Origin: an uncultured Sphingomonas sp.
GTDB taxonomy: Bacteria > Pseudomonadota > Alphaproteobacteria > Sphingomonadales > Sphingomonadaceae
Length of the DNA stretch: 56,176 nucleotides
NCBI GenBank assembly: GCA_964246585.1
Contig: CAXTRJ010000001.1
Location: 1-56,176 of the forward strand
Direction: 5' to 3'
Of the stretch, positions 1 to 10,214 are shown piece by piece; positions within the stretch are counted from its first letter, which is position 1; each line of letters starts with the position of its first letter. The notes below the pieces were generated by a model. It had not been told where the DNA came from. It did no database searches and saw only the letters and a list, made by a program, of their open reading frames with translations. A program made the translations under genes and the position numbers.

Positions 1-69
1 GGGGGGGCGAGGTCGAGGCGAGGCGACTTTGCGCACCCGACCTGGCCGCCTTTCCGGGCGATCGCGCCC

Positions 70-109
70 CTGTCATCGAACTGACCCGCCCGTGCAACCG
101 GCGCGCAAC
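70..109 (+). promoter_or_regulatory. Pho box (PhoB-binding direct repeats) upstream of phoX
   Basis: CTGTCAT-cgaa-CTGACCC at 70-87, with weaker units (GTGCAAC 92-98, GCGCAAC 103-109) at 11-bp spacing; lies directly upstream of an alkaline phosphatase. Confidence 0.7.
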
Positions 110-164
110 GCGCGGCGGGCAAACCCGTGACCATGGAATCCTGATCCAGGTTGTTCCGGGGGGA

Positions 165-2681
165 ATGGACATGAAACTGCCCACACGCGCCACCAATGCC
201 TATCACGACGGCGAAATCGACACCAACCCGACCGTAAACCCGCACCTCGACGACCTGATCGCGGCGCGCTACTCGCGCCGGCAGACGATGCTGGGCGGAC
301 TGTCGGCGATGACCGCGGCGGTGTTCGGCGGAATGCTCCTGACCGGGTGCGGCGAGGATGATTCGCGCGAGGTGATCACCGTCGGCGCCGGCGACGCGAT
401 ACAGGCCAGCGCCGGGCAGATGGTGACGCTGACCGGCGCCGCCTCCGGCATCCCGAGCAGCGCCGGCTGGACCCAGATCAGCGGGCCGACCGTGCCGCTG
501 ACCGGCGCCAACACCGCCACCGCCACCTTCACCGCGCCCGGCGTCGCCGCCAGCACGCCCATGGCGTTCCGCTTCTCCGCGACGAGCGGCGACGGCGCCG
601 TGAGCACGGCGGACACCACCGTCACCATCACCCCGGTGACGCTCGCCTTCGCCGCGGTGCCAAAGAACCTGAACGACCTGGTGACGGTGCCCGCGGGCTA
701 TAGCGTCACCGTGCTCTACCGCCTGGGCGATCCGATCGCGAGCGGGGTGGCGGCCTATGCCAACAACGGCACCGATACCAATTTCGCCGGGCGCGCCGGC
801 GACCATCACGATGGCATGACCTATTTCGGCCTGGGCGCGACCGCGGCCGCGCCCGATCCCGCCAACAGCAGCCGTGGGTTGCTGGTGCTCAACCACGAGA
901 ACATCACCCAGGTCTATCTCCACCCGGCGGGCGCGACCAACGTCGGCGGCGTCCGGCCCGAAGCGGAGGCGATCAAGGAGATCGAGGCGCACGGCGTCTC
1001 GGTGATCGAGATCGCGCGCGCGAGCGGGACGTGGAGCTATCAGCCGACCTCGGCGCTCAATCGCCGGATCACCCCCAACACGCCGATGGCGTTCAACGGG
1101 CCGGTGCGCGGCGACCCGCTGATCCGCACCGCCTATTCGCCCGACGGCACCGCCGGGCGCGGCACGATCAACAATTGCGCCAACGGCACCATGCCGTGGG
1201 CGACCTATCTCACCAACGAGGAGAACTGGGCCGGCTATTTCCGCCGCGAGGCCGGCGACGTCGCCACGCGCGGCGGGGCCACCGCCAAGGCGAATGTCAG
1301 CCTGGCGCGCTACGGCATCCCGGAGAACCGGCCGGGCAATTACGGCTGGGCGACGGTGCGGCCGGCCGACGCGGCGAACACGACCTTCTCGCGCTGGAAC
1401 ATCACCCAGCGCCCCGGGGTCGCCGCCGACGGCGCCGGCGATTTCCGCAACGAGGCGTTCCAGTTCGGCTGGGTGGTCGAGATCGACCCGTTCGATCCCG
1501 CCTCGACCCCGCGCAAGCGCACCGCGCTCGGCCGGATGAACCATGAGGGCTGCGAGGCAGGCCGCATGGTCGCGGGCGTCCGCCCCGCCTTCTACATGGG
1601 CGACGACGCGCAGAACGAATATATCTACAAGTTCGTCTCGGCGGCCCCCTGGTCGGCGGCCGACGCCACCGCGGCCAACCGGCTGGCGATCGGCGACAAG
1701 TATCTGGACGCCGGCACGCTCTACGTCGCGCGGCTGAACCCCGATGGCTCGGGCCAGTGGCTGCCGATCGTGTTCGGGCAGGGGCCGCTGACCAGCGCCA
1801 ACGCCGCGTATTCCTTCGCCAGCCAAGCCGATGTGCTGATCAACACCCGGCTCGCCGCCGACCTGCTCGGCGCGACGCGGATGGACCGGCCGGAATGGAC
1901 CGCGGTGAACCCCGCCACCGGCGAGATGTACTGCACGCTGACCAACAACTCGTCGCGCACCGCCGTTACCGCCGACCCGTCCAACCCGCGCGCCTACGCC
2001 GACCCGAAGCTGCCGCAGGGCGACCAGGTCAACGCCGACCCGCCCTCACCGCCGTCCGTGACGCGCGGCAACGCCAACGGCCATGTCGTCCGGCTGCGCG
2101 AGGCGGGCGACACGTCGGAGGCGACCGGCTTCACCTGGGACATCTACGCCTTTGGTTCCGGCGCGGACCTGGACGCGACCAACATCAACCTGTCGGGGCT
2201 GGACGCGACTAACGACTTCTCCTCGCCCGACGGGCTGTGGTTCGGCCTGGCGAGCAACCCCACCGGCCAGGCGACGCCGGTGATGTGGCTCCAGACCGAC
2301 GACGGCGCCTATACCGACGTGACCAACTGCATGCTGCTCGCCGCGATCCCCGGCACGGTGGGCGACGGCGGGACGCGGGTGGTCAACAACAACCTGAACG
2401 GCGGCGGCAGCACGGTGACGACGCGCATCGGCAAGGCCCCGGGCGCGACGCTGAAGCGGTTCCTGGTCGGGCCCAAGGAGTGCGAGATCACCGGCATCTT
2501 CACGACGCCGGACGGCCGCTCGCTGTTCGTCAACGTCCAGCACCCGGGCGAGAACGGCAACCCGGGCAACATCACCAGCAGCTGGCCTGCGAGCCAGGCC
2601 GGGTCGGTGACGACGCCGTCGCGTCCGCGCTCGTCGACAATCGTCATCACGCGCGACGACGGCGGCGTCGTCGGGATCTGA
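165..2681 (+). CDS. phoX: PhoX-family alkaline phosphatase, Tat-exported, with an extra PKD/Ig-like domain
   Basis: Tat motif SRRQTML, possible lipobox LTGC; PhoX motifs GDHHDGM, NHE, GTINNCANG, EEN, RMNHE, MDRPEW, SPDGL, NVQHPG. Confidence 0.92.
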   Translation: MDMKLPTRATNAYHDGEIDTNPTVNPHLDDLIAARYSRRQTMLGGLSAMTAAVFGGMLLTGCGEDDSREVITVGAGDAIQASAGQMVTLTGAASGIPSSAGWTQISGPTVPLTGANTATATFTAPGVAASTPMAFRFSATSGDGAVSTADTTVTITPVTLAFAAVPKNLNDLVTVPAGYSVTVLYRLGDPIASGVAAYANNGTDTNFAGRAGDHHDGMTYFGLGATAAAPDPANSSRGLLVLNHENITQVYLHPAGATNVGGVRPEAEAIKEIEAHGVSVIEIARASGTWSYQPTSALNRRITPNTPMAFNGPVRGDPLIRTAYSPDGTAGRGTINNCANGTMPWATYLTNEENWAGYFRREAGDVATRGGATAKANVSLARYGIPENRPGNYGWATVRPADAANTTFSRWNITQRPGVAADGAGDFRNEAFQFGWVVEIDPFDPASTPRKRTALGRMNHEGCEAGRMVAGVRPAFYMGDDAQNEYIYKFVSAAPWSAADATAANRLAIGDKYLDAGTLYVARLNPDGSGQWLPIVFGQGPLTSANAAYSFASQADVLINTRLAADLLGATRMDRPEWTAVNPATGEMYCTLTNNSSRTAVTADPSNPRAYADPKLPQGDQVNADPPSPPSVTRGNANGHVVRLREAGDTSEATGFTWDIYAFGSGADLDATNINLSGLDATNDFSSPDGLWFGLASNPTGQATPVMWLQTDDGAYTDVTNCMLLAAIPGTVGDGGTRVVNNNLNGGGSTVTTRIGKAPGATLKRFLVGPKECEITGIFTTPDGRSLFVNVQHPGENGNPGNITSSWPASQAGSVTTPSRPRSSTIVITRDDGGVVGI

Positions 2682-2686
2682 ATCGG

Positions 2687-2710
2687 GCGGGCAGCCCTCG
2701 GGCTGCCCGC
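2687..2710. terminator. GC-rich hairpin after phoX (likely terminator)
   Basis: GCGGGCAGCC-ctcg-GGCTGCCCGC perfect stem 6 nt after the phoX stop; no long U-tract. Confidence 0.6.
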
Positions 2711-2740
2711 TTGGCCCCTCAGCGGCGGCTATCGCCGGCT

Positions 2741-2758
2741 CCACTCCCAATCAATCGT
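2741..2758 (-). repeat. Degenerate copy of the guaA 3' end (putative island att site, distal boundary)
   Basis: ccactcccaatcaatcgt vs ctactcccactcgatcgt at 45140-45157: 15/18 identical, same orientation. Confidence 0.65.
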
Positions 2759-2899
2759 TCAGAAACGTCGGTGAGCCGCGCCTTTTGGAACTCAGTTCGG
2801 TCGCCACACTTCGGCGGCGAAGTCTTTGGCCACGAGCATCCACGCTCGCTCCATCGGCGCCAAGCCGGTCTACGGTCAAAGCCGCGCGTAGAGGCGGGT

Positions 2900-3303
2900 T
2901 TCGTGAAGGCAGACGCCCGGATGGCGCTTGTCAGCCGACGATGCAAGGCCACGTCGCGCCACATTCCAACAAATTGCCACATCTGCGTGTTTCACTCGGG
3001 CTTCAACGTCCACTCGGTCGTTGGGCCCTGTGCGATGAGATGCGGGTAGGCGTCGATCCGGACCGCGTCGTAACCGCGCTTCGACAGTTCGTTGAGCGCA
3101 CGGTCCCAGTCTTCATAGCCCGCACCCGGCCAGCGCCGCTCCAGCCAGGAAAAATCCCACATCGTGATCGCGCGGGGCGCTTTGCGCTTGTTCGCGGGAG
3201 GTCGCGCCTGCGCAGAAGCGCGGGCCGACGGCAATGCACTCCCAAGCAGGGCAGCCCCGGCACCCTGCAGGAACTGTTTGCGGTCGAGCGTTGGTGGTAC
3301 CGT
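2900..3303 (-). pseudogene. Collapsed 'cellulase-like' (sugar-binding cellulase-like family) glycoside hydrolase
   Basis: Tat-like DRKQFLQG; N-terminal motif AITMWDFSWLERRWPGAGYEDWD..GYDAVRIDAYPHL; TGA at 2992-2994 where Trp is expected; then NTQMW joined in frame to the C-terminal-type motif QFVGMWRDVALHRRLT; boundaries approximate. Confidence 0.75.
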
Positions 3304-3458
3304 GGCCTTGGCTATCCTCCCCAGGCGACCGCACGCGATCTGGCGACCGATCGCCGTTGAAACGATTCGGTTTTTGCCGGTTGCTGGAGTTGTGGCAAGC
3401 GAAAGAGGCGACTTGGATCGCTCGCTGTTCACTTCTTTGCGGATGGCCGGCAAGGGGC

Positions 3459-3491
3459 TTGACAATCCCCTCCCCTTAACTTGTGATCACA
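3459..3491 (+). promoter_or_regulatory. Sigma70-like promoter (TTGACA-17-TGTGAT) overlapped by palindrome TGTGATCACA
   Basis: TTGACA 3459-3464, 17-nt spacer, TGTGAT 3482-3487; perfect palindrome 3482-3491; upstream of the ABC operon. Confidence 0.6.
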
Positions 3492-3562
3492 GGTGCGTGG
3501 GGCAATCGCTCGCGGCGCAATCGACCGGGTTCCTGGGTCCGCACCGAAGCGCGGGACGCAAT

Positions 3563-4849
3563 ATGAGGACGGACGTGGCGAAACGATTGATGCGCGGGTA
3601 TCGAGGGCTCGCCGCCCTTGCCTGCATCGCGTTGCTCCCAGCTCCGGCCTGGCCCCTGCCGCTGACGACCATCCGGGTCGCGGCACATTACAATAGCCAG
3701 CAGATCGCTCCCATGCTCGCCTGCTTCCGTCGGTATGAAGCGCAGCATCCGGGCATCCGGATCGTCTATCAGCAGGTGTCCTACGAGGATTTCTTTCAAA
3801 CGGTGTTGATCTCTCGCGCCGGCCGATCGCCGGTGGACATCTACAATCTCTATTCGATTTGGGCGCCGCAATTGATCGCCACGCGCGCGCTCGACGTTCC
3901 GCCTCCGGACATCGATCGGTTCGTCAGGGCGAACTACACATCGCCGACGATCGGCGCGGCGACGCTCAAGGGACGTCTTTGGGGCATCCCTACGGCCGTC
4001 AGCGTCTACCAACTGGTCTACAACAAGAAGCTGCTCGCCGCGGCGGGCTTCCGGGCGCCGCCAAGGACCTGGAACGACATGATCCGCATCGCCGGCGCGA
4101 TCACGAAAAGGAACCGCCAGGGCAATATCCTGATCGGCGGCTACGCCGTCAATCTCTCCGGCGCCAACGTCACGCATGCCTTCTACTCGCAAATGTACGC
4201 CGCCGGGGCCGCGCCCTACACGTCCGACATGCGCCGAACGAATTTGCGCTCGCCCGCCGCCGTCGCGATCCTGAGCAAGCAGGTGGAACTGTTCAGGCGC
4301 GGCATCACCAGCAACGCGGTGCAGGCGGTGGACTTCGCGGGCGGCGGCGTCGGCATGTCGGTGATGGCGAACTGGATGAAGGACACGCTCCGCTCGTCGC
4401 TGGGATCGCGGTTCGAGGACACGGTTGGTGTCGCGCCGATCCCGACCGACGGCCCCGGCGGAACGATGATCTACTCCTTCTTCTCGGGCGTCGATGCGGC
4501 GAGCCGGGTCAAGCGGCAATCATGGGATCTGCTGCGGTGGTTGAACAATCCGCGCGGCAGGGGCGGACTGTCGTGCACGGGCACGATGCTGGCCGGCATG
4601 GGCGACTTGACCGGCAACCGGTCCGATCTCGCCGCCATGCGCAGCGTCGCCGACCCGTTCAGTCAGCGATACATCGCCGCGCTCGCCTCACCGGGGGCGG
4701 TCAGTCAGCCGAACATCTGGCACGCCGCCGAGGCCGACCGCCTGCTCAAATACTATATCGAGCTGGCATGGGCGGGCCGGATGACGCCGGCGGCCGCCCT
4801 GGCCGCGGCGGACGACGGCATCACCGCGATCCTGGACGAACAGCCATGA
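3563..4849 (+). CDS. Carbohydrate ABC transporter substrate-binding protein
   Basis: Signal peptide LAALACIALLPAPAWP; LWGIP..VYNKKLLAAAG..PRTWND, typical of sugar SBPs; start could be 3590. Confidence 0.88.
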   Translation: MRTDVAKRLMRGYRGLAALACIALLPAPAWPLPLTTIRVAAHYNSQQIAPMLACFRRYEAQHPGIRIVYQQVSYEDFFQTVLISRAGRSPVDIYNLYSIWAPQLIATRALDVPPPDIDRFVRANYTSPTIGAATLKGRLWGIPTAVSVYQLVYNKKLLAAAGFRAPPRTWNDMIRIAGAITKRNRQGNILIGGYAVNLSGANVTHAFYSQMYAAGAAPYTSDMRRTNLRSPAAVAILSKQVELFRRGITSNAVQAVDFAGGGVGMSVMANWMKDTLRSSLGSRFEDTVGVAPIPTDGPGGTMIYSFFSGVDAASRVKRQSWDLLRWLNNPRGRGGLSCTGTMLAGMGDLTGNRSDLAAMRSVADPFSQRYIAALASPGAVSQPNIWHAAEADRLLKYYIELAWAGRMTPAAALAAADDGITAILDEQP

Positions 4850-5763
4850 AGCCGCCCCGCCGTCGGCGGTGGAGGCCCGATATGCTGGGATGGCTGTCAT
4901 CGAAGCGAGCGGCGCCGTATCTGTTCATGGCGCCGGTGATCGTCTTTGGCGTATTGCTGTTCGTGGGGCCGCTGCTGTTCGCGGCCTATGTCAGCCTCAC
5001 GGACTGGGACGGCGTCGCCAGCCCGAACTGGGTCGGCTTGCAGAACTACGCCTATCTGCTCGGCCGCGACCAGTTTTTCTTCACGTCGCTCTGGTACACC
5101 TTGTATTTCGCCGCCGGCTCGGTGATCGTCGGCGTCCCGGCGGCGCTGATCGTCGCGGCCCTGATCAGCCGGAGCCGATACCAATCGTTCTGGCGCACGA
5201 TCTACTGGCTGCCGATGATCACCAACATCGTCGCGGTGGCCTATATCTGGTGGTACATCCTGAACGACACGTCGGGCCTGCTCAACCGGGCGCTCGACCT
5301 CTTCGGGCTTCCCGGCCCGAACTGGCTGACGAGCACCTCCATGTCGATGTTCTCGGTCATCCTCGTGTTCTCCTGGATTTCGATCGGCCAGAACGTGCTC
5401 GTGTTCCTCTCGGGCCTGAACGAGATCGACGAAACCTATTATGAGGCCGCGAAGCTCGACGGCGCCAATCCGCTGCAACTCTTCTGGCAGATCACGATCC
5501 CGCTGCTGCGCCCGACGATCCTGTTCGTGCTGATCACCAGCCTGATCAGCTCGCTCAGCTCGTTCGTGCTGATGCTTATCCTCACCGAAGGCGGCCCGGC
5601 GCGGTCCACCACCGTCACGGGGCTGTACCTCTACGACATGGCCTTCACCGACCTGCGCCTCGGACGCGCCTCGGCCGCCGCCTATATCCTGTTCGCGATC
5701 ATCTTCGCGATCAGCCTGGTGCAATTGCGCTTGCTGCGGCGGGGCGGCGTGGAGGCCCATTGA
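4846..5763 (+). CDS. Carbohydrate ABC transporter permease (MalF/UgpA-like)
   Basis: EAA motif YYEAAKLDGAN; multiple TM segments; ATGA overlap with SBP stop. Confidence 0.92.
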   Translation: MKPPRRRRWRPDMLGWLSSKRAAPYLFMAPVIVFGVLLFVGPLLFAAYVSLTDWDGVASPNWVGLQNYAYLLGRDQFFFTSLWYTLYFAAGSVIVGVPAALIVAALISRSRYQSFWRTIYWLPMITNIVAVAYIWWYILNDTSGLLNRALDLFGLPGPNWLTSTSMSMFSVILVFSWISIGQNVLVFLSGLNEIDETYYEAAKLDGANPLQLFWQITIPLLRPTILFVLITSLISSLSSFVLMLILTEGGPARSTTVTGLYLYDMAFTDLRLGRASAAAYILFAIIFAISLVQLRLLRRGGVEAH

Positions 5764-6689
5764 TGAGCGACGCACGGTTGACCCGCGACATCGAGCGGAC
5801 GCGACGCAGAACACGTGTTTCCGGGGCGGCGCTGACGGTTCTCAAATATGCCGCGCTGAGCCTTGGCGCGGTGGTGATGATCTTTCCGTTTCTCGACATG
5901 TTCCTCGGCGCCCTGCGGACGCCGGCGGAGCGGCTGGCGCGGCCGATGGTCTACTGGCCGCACGATCCGCAATGGCACAATTTCGTTCGCGTGTTCACCG
6001 AACTGCCGATGCTGACCTGGTTGGCGAACAGCGTCATCGTGACGGTCCTGATCACGGCCATCCAGATGGTGACCAGCACGATGGCCGGCTATGCGCTGGC
6101 CAAATACCGATTCTTCGGATCGAAAGCGATGTTGAGCGCGGTGCTCGGCGCGCAGATGTTCCCATTCTTCCTCCTGATCATCCCGATGTTCTTTCTGTTG
6201 CGCTTCGTGCCGCTGTTCGGAGGTAATAACATCCTTGGTCAAGGCGGCTCCGGTCTCCTGAACTCGTACGCCGCGATGATCCTGCCGTTCGCGGTGACTT
6301 GGTATGGCATCTTCCTGATGCGGCAGTCTTTCATGAGCGTTCCGGATGAGATCATCGACGCGGCGCGAATAGATGGAGCGGGCGAGTTCCGCATCCTCGC
6401 CACCATCGTGCTGCCGCTGGTCCGCCCCGGGCTCGCGACGCTGGGCATCTTTGTCTTTATCTATCACTGGAACGAGGTCATCTGGACGATGACGGTCACG
6501 CGCAGCACGCCGGAGCTCCAGACGATCCCGGTCGGCATCTATCTGCTGCGCGGCGCCTTCATCGATCAATCGACCTTCTCGCTGCAACAGGCCGCGGTCT
6601 GCGTGTCGATCGTGCCGATCATGGTCGTCTTCCTGCTCCTCCAGCGATCCTACATTCGCGGCCTCACCGCCGGTAGCGTGAAAGGTTGA
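5763..6689 (+). CDS. Carbohydrate ABC transporter permease (MalG/UgpE-like)
   Basis: EAA motif IIDAARIDGAGEF; C-terminal GLTAGSVKG; TGATG overlap. Confidence 0.92.
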   Translation: MSDARLTRDIERTRRRTRVSGAALTVLKYAALSLGAVVMIFPFLDMFLGALRTPAERLARPMVYWPHDPQWHNFVRVFTELPMLTWLANSVIVTVLITAIQMVTSTMAGYALAKYRFFGSKAMLSAVLGAQMFPFFLLIIPMFFLLRFVPLFGGNNILGQGGSGLLNSYAAMILPFAVTWYGIFLMRQSFMSVPDEIIDAARIDGAGEFRILATIVLPLVRPGLATLGIFVFIYHWNEVIWTMTVTRSTPELQTIPVGIYLLRGAFIDQSTFSLQQAAVCVSIVPIMVVFLLLQRSYIRGLTAGSVKG

Positions 6690-6794
6690 TCATATACGGA
6701 ACACCCACAGCCTGAACGCCGGCCCAAACGTGCAAAGGTGAGCATGATGGTGATCAATGTTGTGCGATATACCATTTCGTCTTAGGATTCTTCA

Positions 6795-8123
6795 ATGCAG
6801 GACACCGCAACGCTGAGCGCTGACACCCTCCGGACGATCTTCGATCGCAACCGCGCCGGGCATCAGCAGGGCGTCTATTCGGTTTGCTGCGCGCATCCCC
6901 GGGTAATCCGCGCCGCGCTTGAGCTGGCGCGCGATCGCCGGCAGGTGGCGGCAATCGAATCGACCTGCAATCAAGTCAATCAGGATGGCGGCTACACCGG
7001 CATGACGCCCGAGCAGTTCGCCGAGCAGGTTCGGGCGACCGCCCGCGACGTCGGCTTGCCCGCGGACCAGCTCGTCCTTGGCGGCGACCACCTCGGCCCG
7101 CAGCCCTGGCGTACCCTATCCGCGGACGCCGCCATGGCCAAGGCGATCACGATGATCGAGGCTTATGCAAGGGCGGGATACGGCAAGCTGCATCTCGACT
7201 GTTCGATGTCTTGCGCGGACGATCCCGAGGCGCTGAGCGACGCCGTGATCGCCGATCGCGCCGCTCGACTGGCGCACGCCGTGGAAGGCGCGCTCGACGA
7301 TCGTGCCGCGCGCCCGGTCTATGTCATCGGCACCGAGGTTCCGGCGCCGGGCGGCATGGGCGGGGGGCATGCGATCGTGCCGACCGCTCCGGCGAGCGTA
7401 TCGGAGACTTGGCGCGCCCACGAGCAGGCGTTCACCCACATCGGCCTGACCGACGCCCTGGCGCGCGTGGTGGCGATCGTAGTGCAGCCCGGGCTCGACT
7501 TCGGGAACGAGGACGTCGCGCGCTTCGCGCCCGGCGAGGCGGGGGATCTCGCGGAGACGGTGCTGGCGCTCGATGGCGCGGTCTACGAGGCGCACTCGAC
7601 CGACTATCAGGATACCGGGAGCTACCACGCGCTCGTGCGCCTGCATTTCGCGATCCTGAAGGTTGGCCCCGCGGCGACGTTCGCGCTGCGCGAGGCGATC
7701 TATGCGCTGGAGTTCATCGCCCGCGAGCTGCCCGGATGGGATGCGCGCTACAGCGTCCGGGCCGCGTTGGAAGCCGCCATGCTGGCCAATCCCGCGCATT
7801 GGGCGAGCCATTATGCCGGCAATGCCGAGCAGCAGGCCTATCTGCGGCACTTCAGCTACTCGGACCGGGTGCGCTATTACTGGACCGAGCCGCCGGTGGA
7901 AGCGGCCGTTGCCGGGCTATTCGGTTTTTTCGACATCCGTGCGCTGCCGCTGCCGCTCATCAGCCAGTTCCTGCCCCAGCACGTCCGCGCGGTCTCGAAC
8001 GGCGAAGTGGCGGCGACGGCGGCGGCGCTGTGCAGCGCCAATATCCGGCTCGCGCTCGCGCCCTATGCCGACGCTTGCGGCGCGCACGCGCACGCGCACG
8101 CGCCCGACGCCGCGGCGGCATAG
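6795..8123 (+). CDS. kbaZ: GatZ/KbaZ(AgaZ) family protein, likely tagatose-6-phosphate 4-epimerase
   Basis: [70 protein letters not shown]. Confidence 0.9.
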   Translation: MQDTATLSADTLRTIFDRNRAGHQQGVYSVCCAHPRVIRAALELARDRRQVAAIESTCNQVNQDGGYTGMTPEQFAEQVRATARDVGLPADQLVLGGDHLGPQPWRTLSADAAMAKAITMIEAYARAGYGKLHLDCSMSCADDPEALSDAVIADRAARLAHAVEGALDDRAARPVYVIGTEVPAPGGMGGGHAIVPTAPASVSETWRAHEQAFTHIGLTDALARVVAIVVQPGLDFGNEDVARFAPGEAGDLAETVLALDGAVYEAHSTDYQDTGSYHALVRLHFAILKVGPAATFALREAIYALEFIARELPGWDARYSVRAALEAAMLANPAHWASHYAGNAEQQAYLRHFSYSDRVRYYWTEPPVEAAVAGLFGFFDIRALPLPLISQFLPQHVRAVSNGEVAATAAALCSANIRLALAPYADACGAHAHAHAPDAAAA

Positions 8124-8127
8124 GCAG

Positions 8128-9192
8128 GTGGCTTCGGTCCGCCTTCGCGATCTCTGCAAGTCGTTCGACAGCCTCGCCATCATCAAGGACGTGACCCTCG
8201 AGATCGAGCACGGCGAGTTCGTCGCGCTGGTCGGGCCATCGGGCAGCGGCAAGTCGACGCTTCTCCGGATGATCGCCGGCCTCGAGACCGTGTCGTCCGG
8301 CACGATCGAGATCGACCGACGGGTCGTCAACGACGTGCCGCCCAAGCACCGCGACATCGCGATGGTCTTTCAGAGTTACGCGCTCTACCCGCACATGACG
8401 GTCCGGCAGAACTTGGGCTTCGCGCTGAAGCTGCGCGGTTGGAAGAAGGCCGAAATCGAGCAGCGCGTCGCCGAGGCGGCGGCGTCGCTGAACCTGACGC
8501 CGCTTCTCGACCGCTACCCCAGGCAGCTGTCCGGCGGCCAGCGCCAGCGTGTCGCGACCGGGCGCGCGATCGTGCGCGACCCGGCGGTGTTCCTGTTCGA
8601 CGAGCCGCTCTCGAATCTTGACGCGGCACTGCGCGTTCAGGTGCGGGCCGAACTGCGGCAATTGCATCGGCGGCTCGGCGTGACCTCGATCTATGTCACG
8701 CACGATCAGGTCGAGGCCATGACGATGGCCGACCGGATCGTCGTGCTGCGCGACGGCTGGATCGAGCAGGTGGGCGCGCCGCTCGACCTCTATGATCGGC
8801 CAGCGAACACGTTCGTGGCGACCTTCATCGGGTCGCCAGCGATGAACCTGATCAAGGGTATCTACCGCGACCAGTCGCTCGTCCTGAGCGACGGCTCCAT
8901 GCTTCCCGTCGACCCCGGCCTAGCGATGGAGGCCGATGCGCCGGTGACGATCGGCGTGCGGCCCGACGACATCGCTGTCGTCGCCGATCACGGCGACAGC
9001 GTCGCCGCGCGCGTCCTCGCGCTCGAGCCGACCGGCGCGGAGACACTGGCCATGGCGGAACTCGCGGGCAGCACCGTGACGATCGTCACGAAGGAACGGC
9101 TCGCGCTCAAGCCCGGCGATCCGATCCGTCTTCGCCCGGTCGTGAGCAAGCAGCTGTATTTCAGTGCCGACGGGCAACGGATCGCGGCATAA
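8128..9192 (+). CDS. Sugar ABC transporter ATP-binding protein (MalK/UgpC-like)
   Basis: Walker [35 protein letters not shown]; GTG start at 8128. Confidence 0.93.
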   Translation: MASVRLRDLCKSFDSLAIIKDVTLEIEHGEFVALVGPSGSGKSTLLRMIAGLETVSSGTIEIDRRVVNDVPPKHRDIAMVFQSYALYPHMTVRQNLGFALKLRGWKKAEIEQRVAEAAASLNLTPLLDRYPRQLSGGQRQRVATGRAIVRDPAVFLFDEPLSNLDAALRVQVRAELRQLHRRLGVTSIYVTHDQVEAMTMADRIVVLRDGWIEQVGAPLDLYDRPANTFVATFIGSPAMNLIKGIYRDQSLVLSDGSMLPVDPGLAMEADAPVTIGVRPDDIAVVADHGDSVAARVLALEPTGAETLAMAELAGSTVTIVTKERLALKPGDPIRLRPVVSKQLYFSADGQRIAA

Positions 9193-9218
9193 CTTATCTC
9201 GACGGGGCGTCCTTCACC

Positions 9219-10214
9219 ATGCTCAAGAAGATTCTGGTCGTCTCCGATAGCTTGCGCGATCTTCCCCCTGCGGTCGCCGCGCTGACGGGGTGCGGACACG
9301 ATGTCGAGTATGTCGATGGCCTGATCGGCTTTCCCGAGATCGCGGCGAACCGGCTCGGCGATCTGACCGGCGCCGACGCCATCGTGATGGGCCGGGTGAT
9401 GAACACGGACGCCCACGCGCTCTCGCTGGCGCCGCGGGCGCGGGTGATCGCCCTCCACACCTCGGGATCCGATAACGTCGACCTGGCCGAAGCTACGCGG
9501 CGCGGCATTACCGTGACCAACGTCAAGGGCGTCAACGCCGAACAGTGCGCCGAATTCTCGATCGGTCTCATGCTCGCCGTCACGCGCCAGATCCTGGCGG
9601 GGGACCGGGCGATCCGGGCGGGACGGTGGGCGGCCGAAACGCAATCGAGCCTCGACCTTCACGGTGCGACGCTGTCGGTCCTCGGCCTCGGCATGATCGG
9701 CCGTGCCGCGGTGCGCCGCGCGGCGGCGTTCGGCATGAAAATCCTTGTCCATACGCGCACGCCCGATCTCGCCTTCGGCGAACGATATGACATCGAATAT
9801 GTCGGCAAGGACGAGGCCCTGACGCGCGCCGACGTCGTCAGCATCTACGCGTCGCTGTCGGAGGACACCCGTCACATGATCGGGACACGCGAGCTCTCGC
9901 TGATGCAGCCGCACGCCTACCTCATCAACATCGCGCGCGGTGAGCTGATCGACGAGGACGCGCTGTACGAGGCGCTGGTCAGCCACCGGATCGCTGGTGC
10001 CGGACTCGACGTGTTCGCGGTGGAGCCACTGTACGCCAGCCGCTTCTTCGATTTGCCGAACGTCGTCCTCACCCCGCATCAGGCCGGTCTCGCGCAGTCG
10101 GCGAAGATCAGCGCGGCGCTACGTGCGGTCAACAACGCGCTCTCGGTCCTCGCGGGGCAACTGCCCGCGGACGCGATCAACCCGACCGCCTTCATAGCAG
10201 GAACCCAGCAATGA
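9219..10214 (+). CDS. D-isomer-specific 2-hydroxyacid dehydrogenase
   Basis: GLGMIG Rossmann motif, INIARG, GLDVFAVEP, LTPHQAG. Confidence 0.88.
   Translation: MLKKILVVSDSLRDLPPAVAALTGCGHDVEYVDGLIGFPEIAANRLGDLTGADAIVMGRVMNTDAHALSLAPRARVIALHTSGSDNVDLAEATRRGITVTNVKGVNAEQCAEFSIGLMLAVTRQILAGDRAIRAGRWAAETQSSLDLHGATLSVLGLGMIGRAAVRRAAAFGMKILVHTRTPDLAFGERYDIEYVGKDEALTRADVVSIYASLSEDTRHMIGTRELSLMQPHAYLINIARGELIDEDALYEALVSHRIAGAGLDVFAVEPLYASRFFDLPNVVLTPHQAGLAQSAKISAALRAVNNALSVLAGQLPADAINPTAFIAGTQQ

Noticed and set aside
2760-2900. Peptide GDRTEFQKA near the distal att site, resembling a serine-recombinase motif
   Set aside because: Too short, with no other recombinase motifs; cannot be supported without a search.
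8080-8103. (GCGCAC)x3 repeat encoding AHAHAH at the kbaZ C-terminus
   Set aside because: Short in-frame hexamer repeat in a variable tail; no evidence of function.
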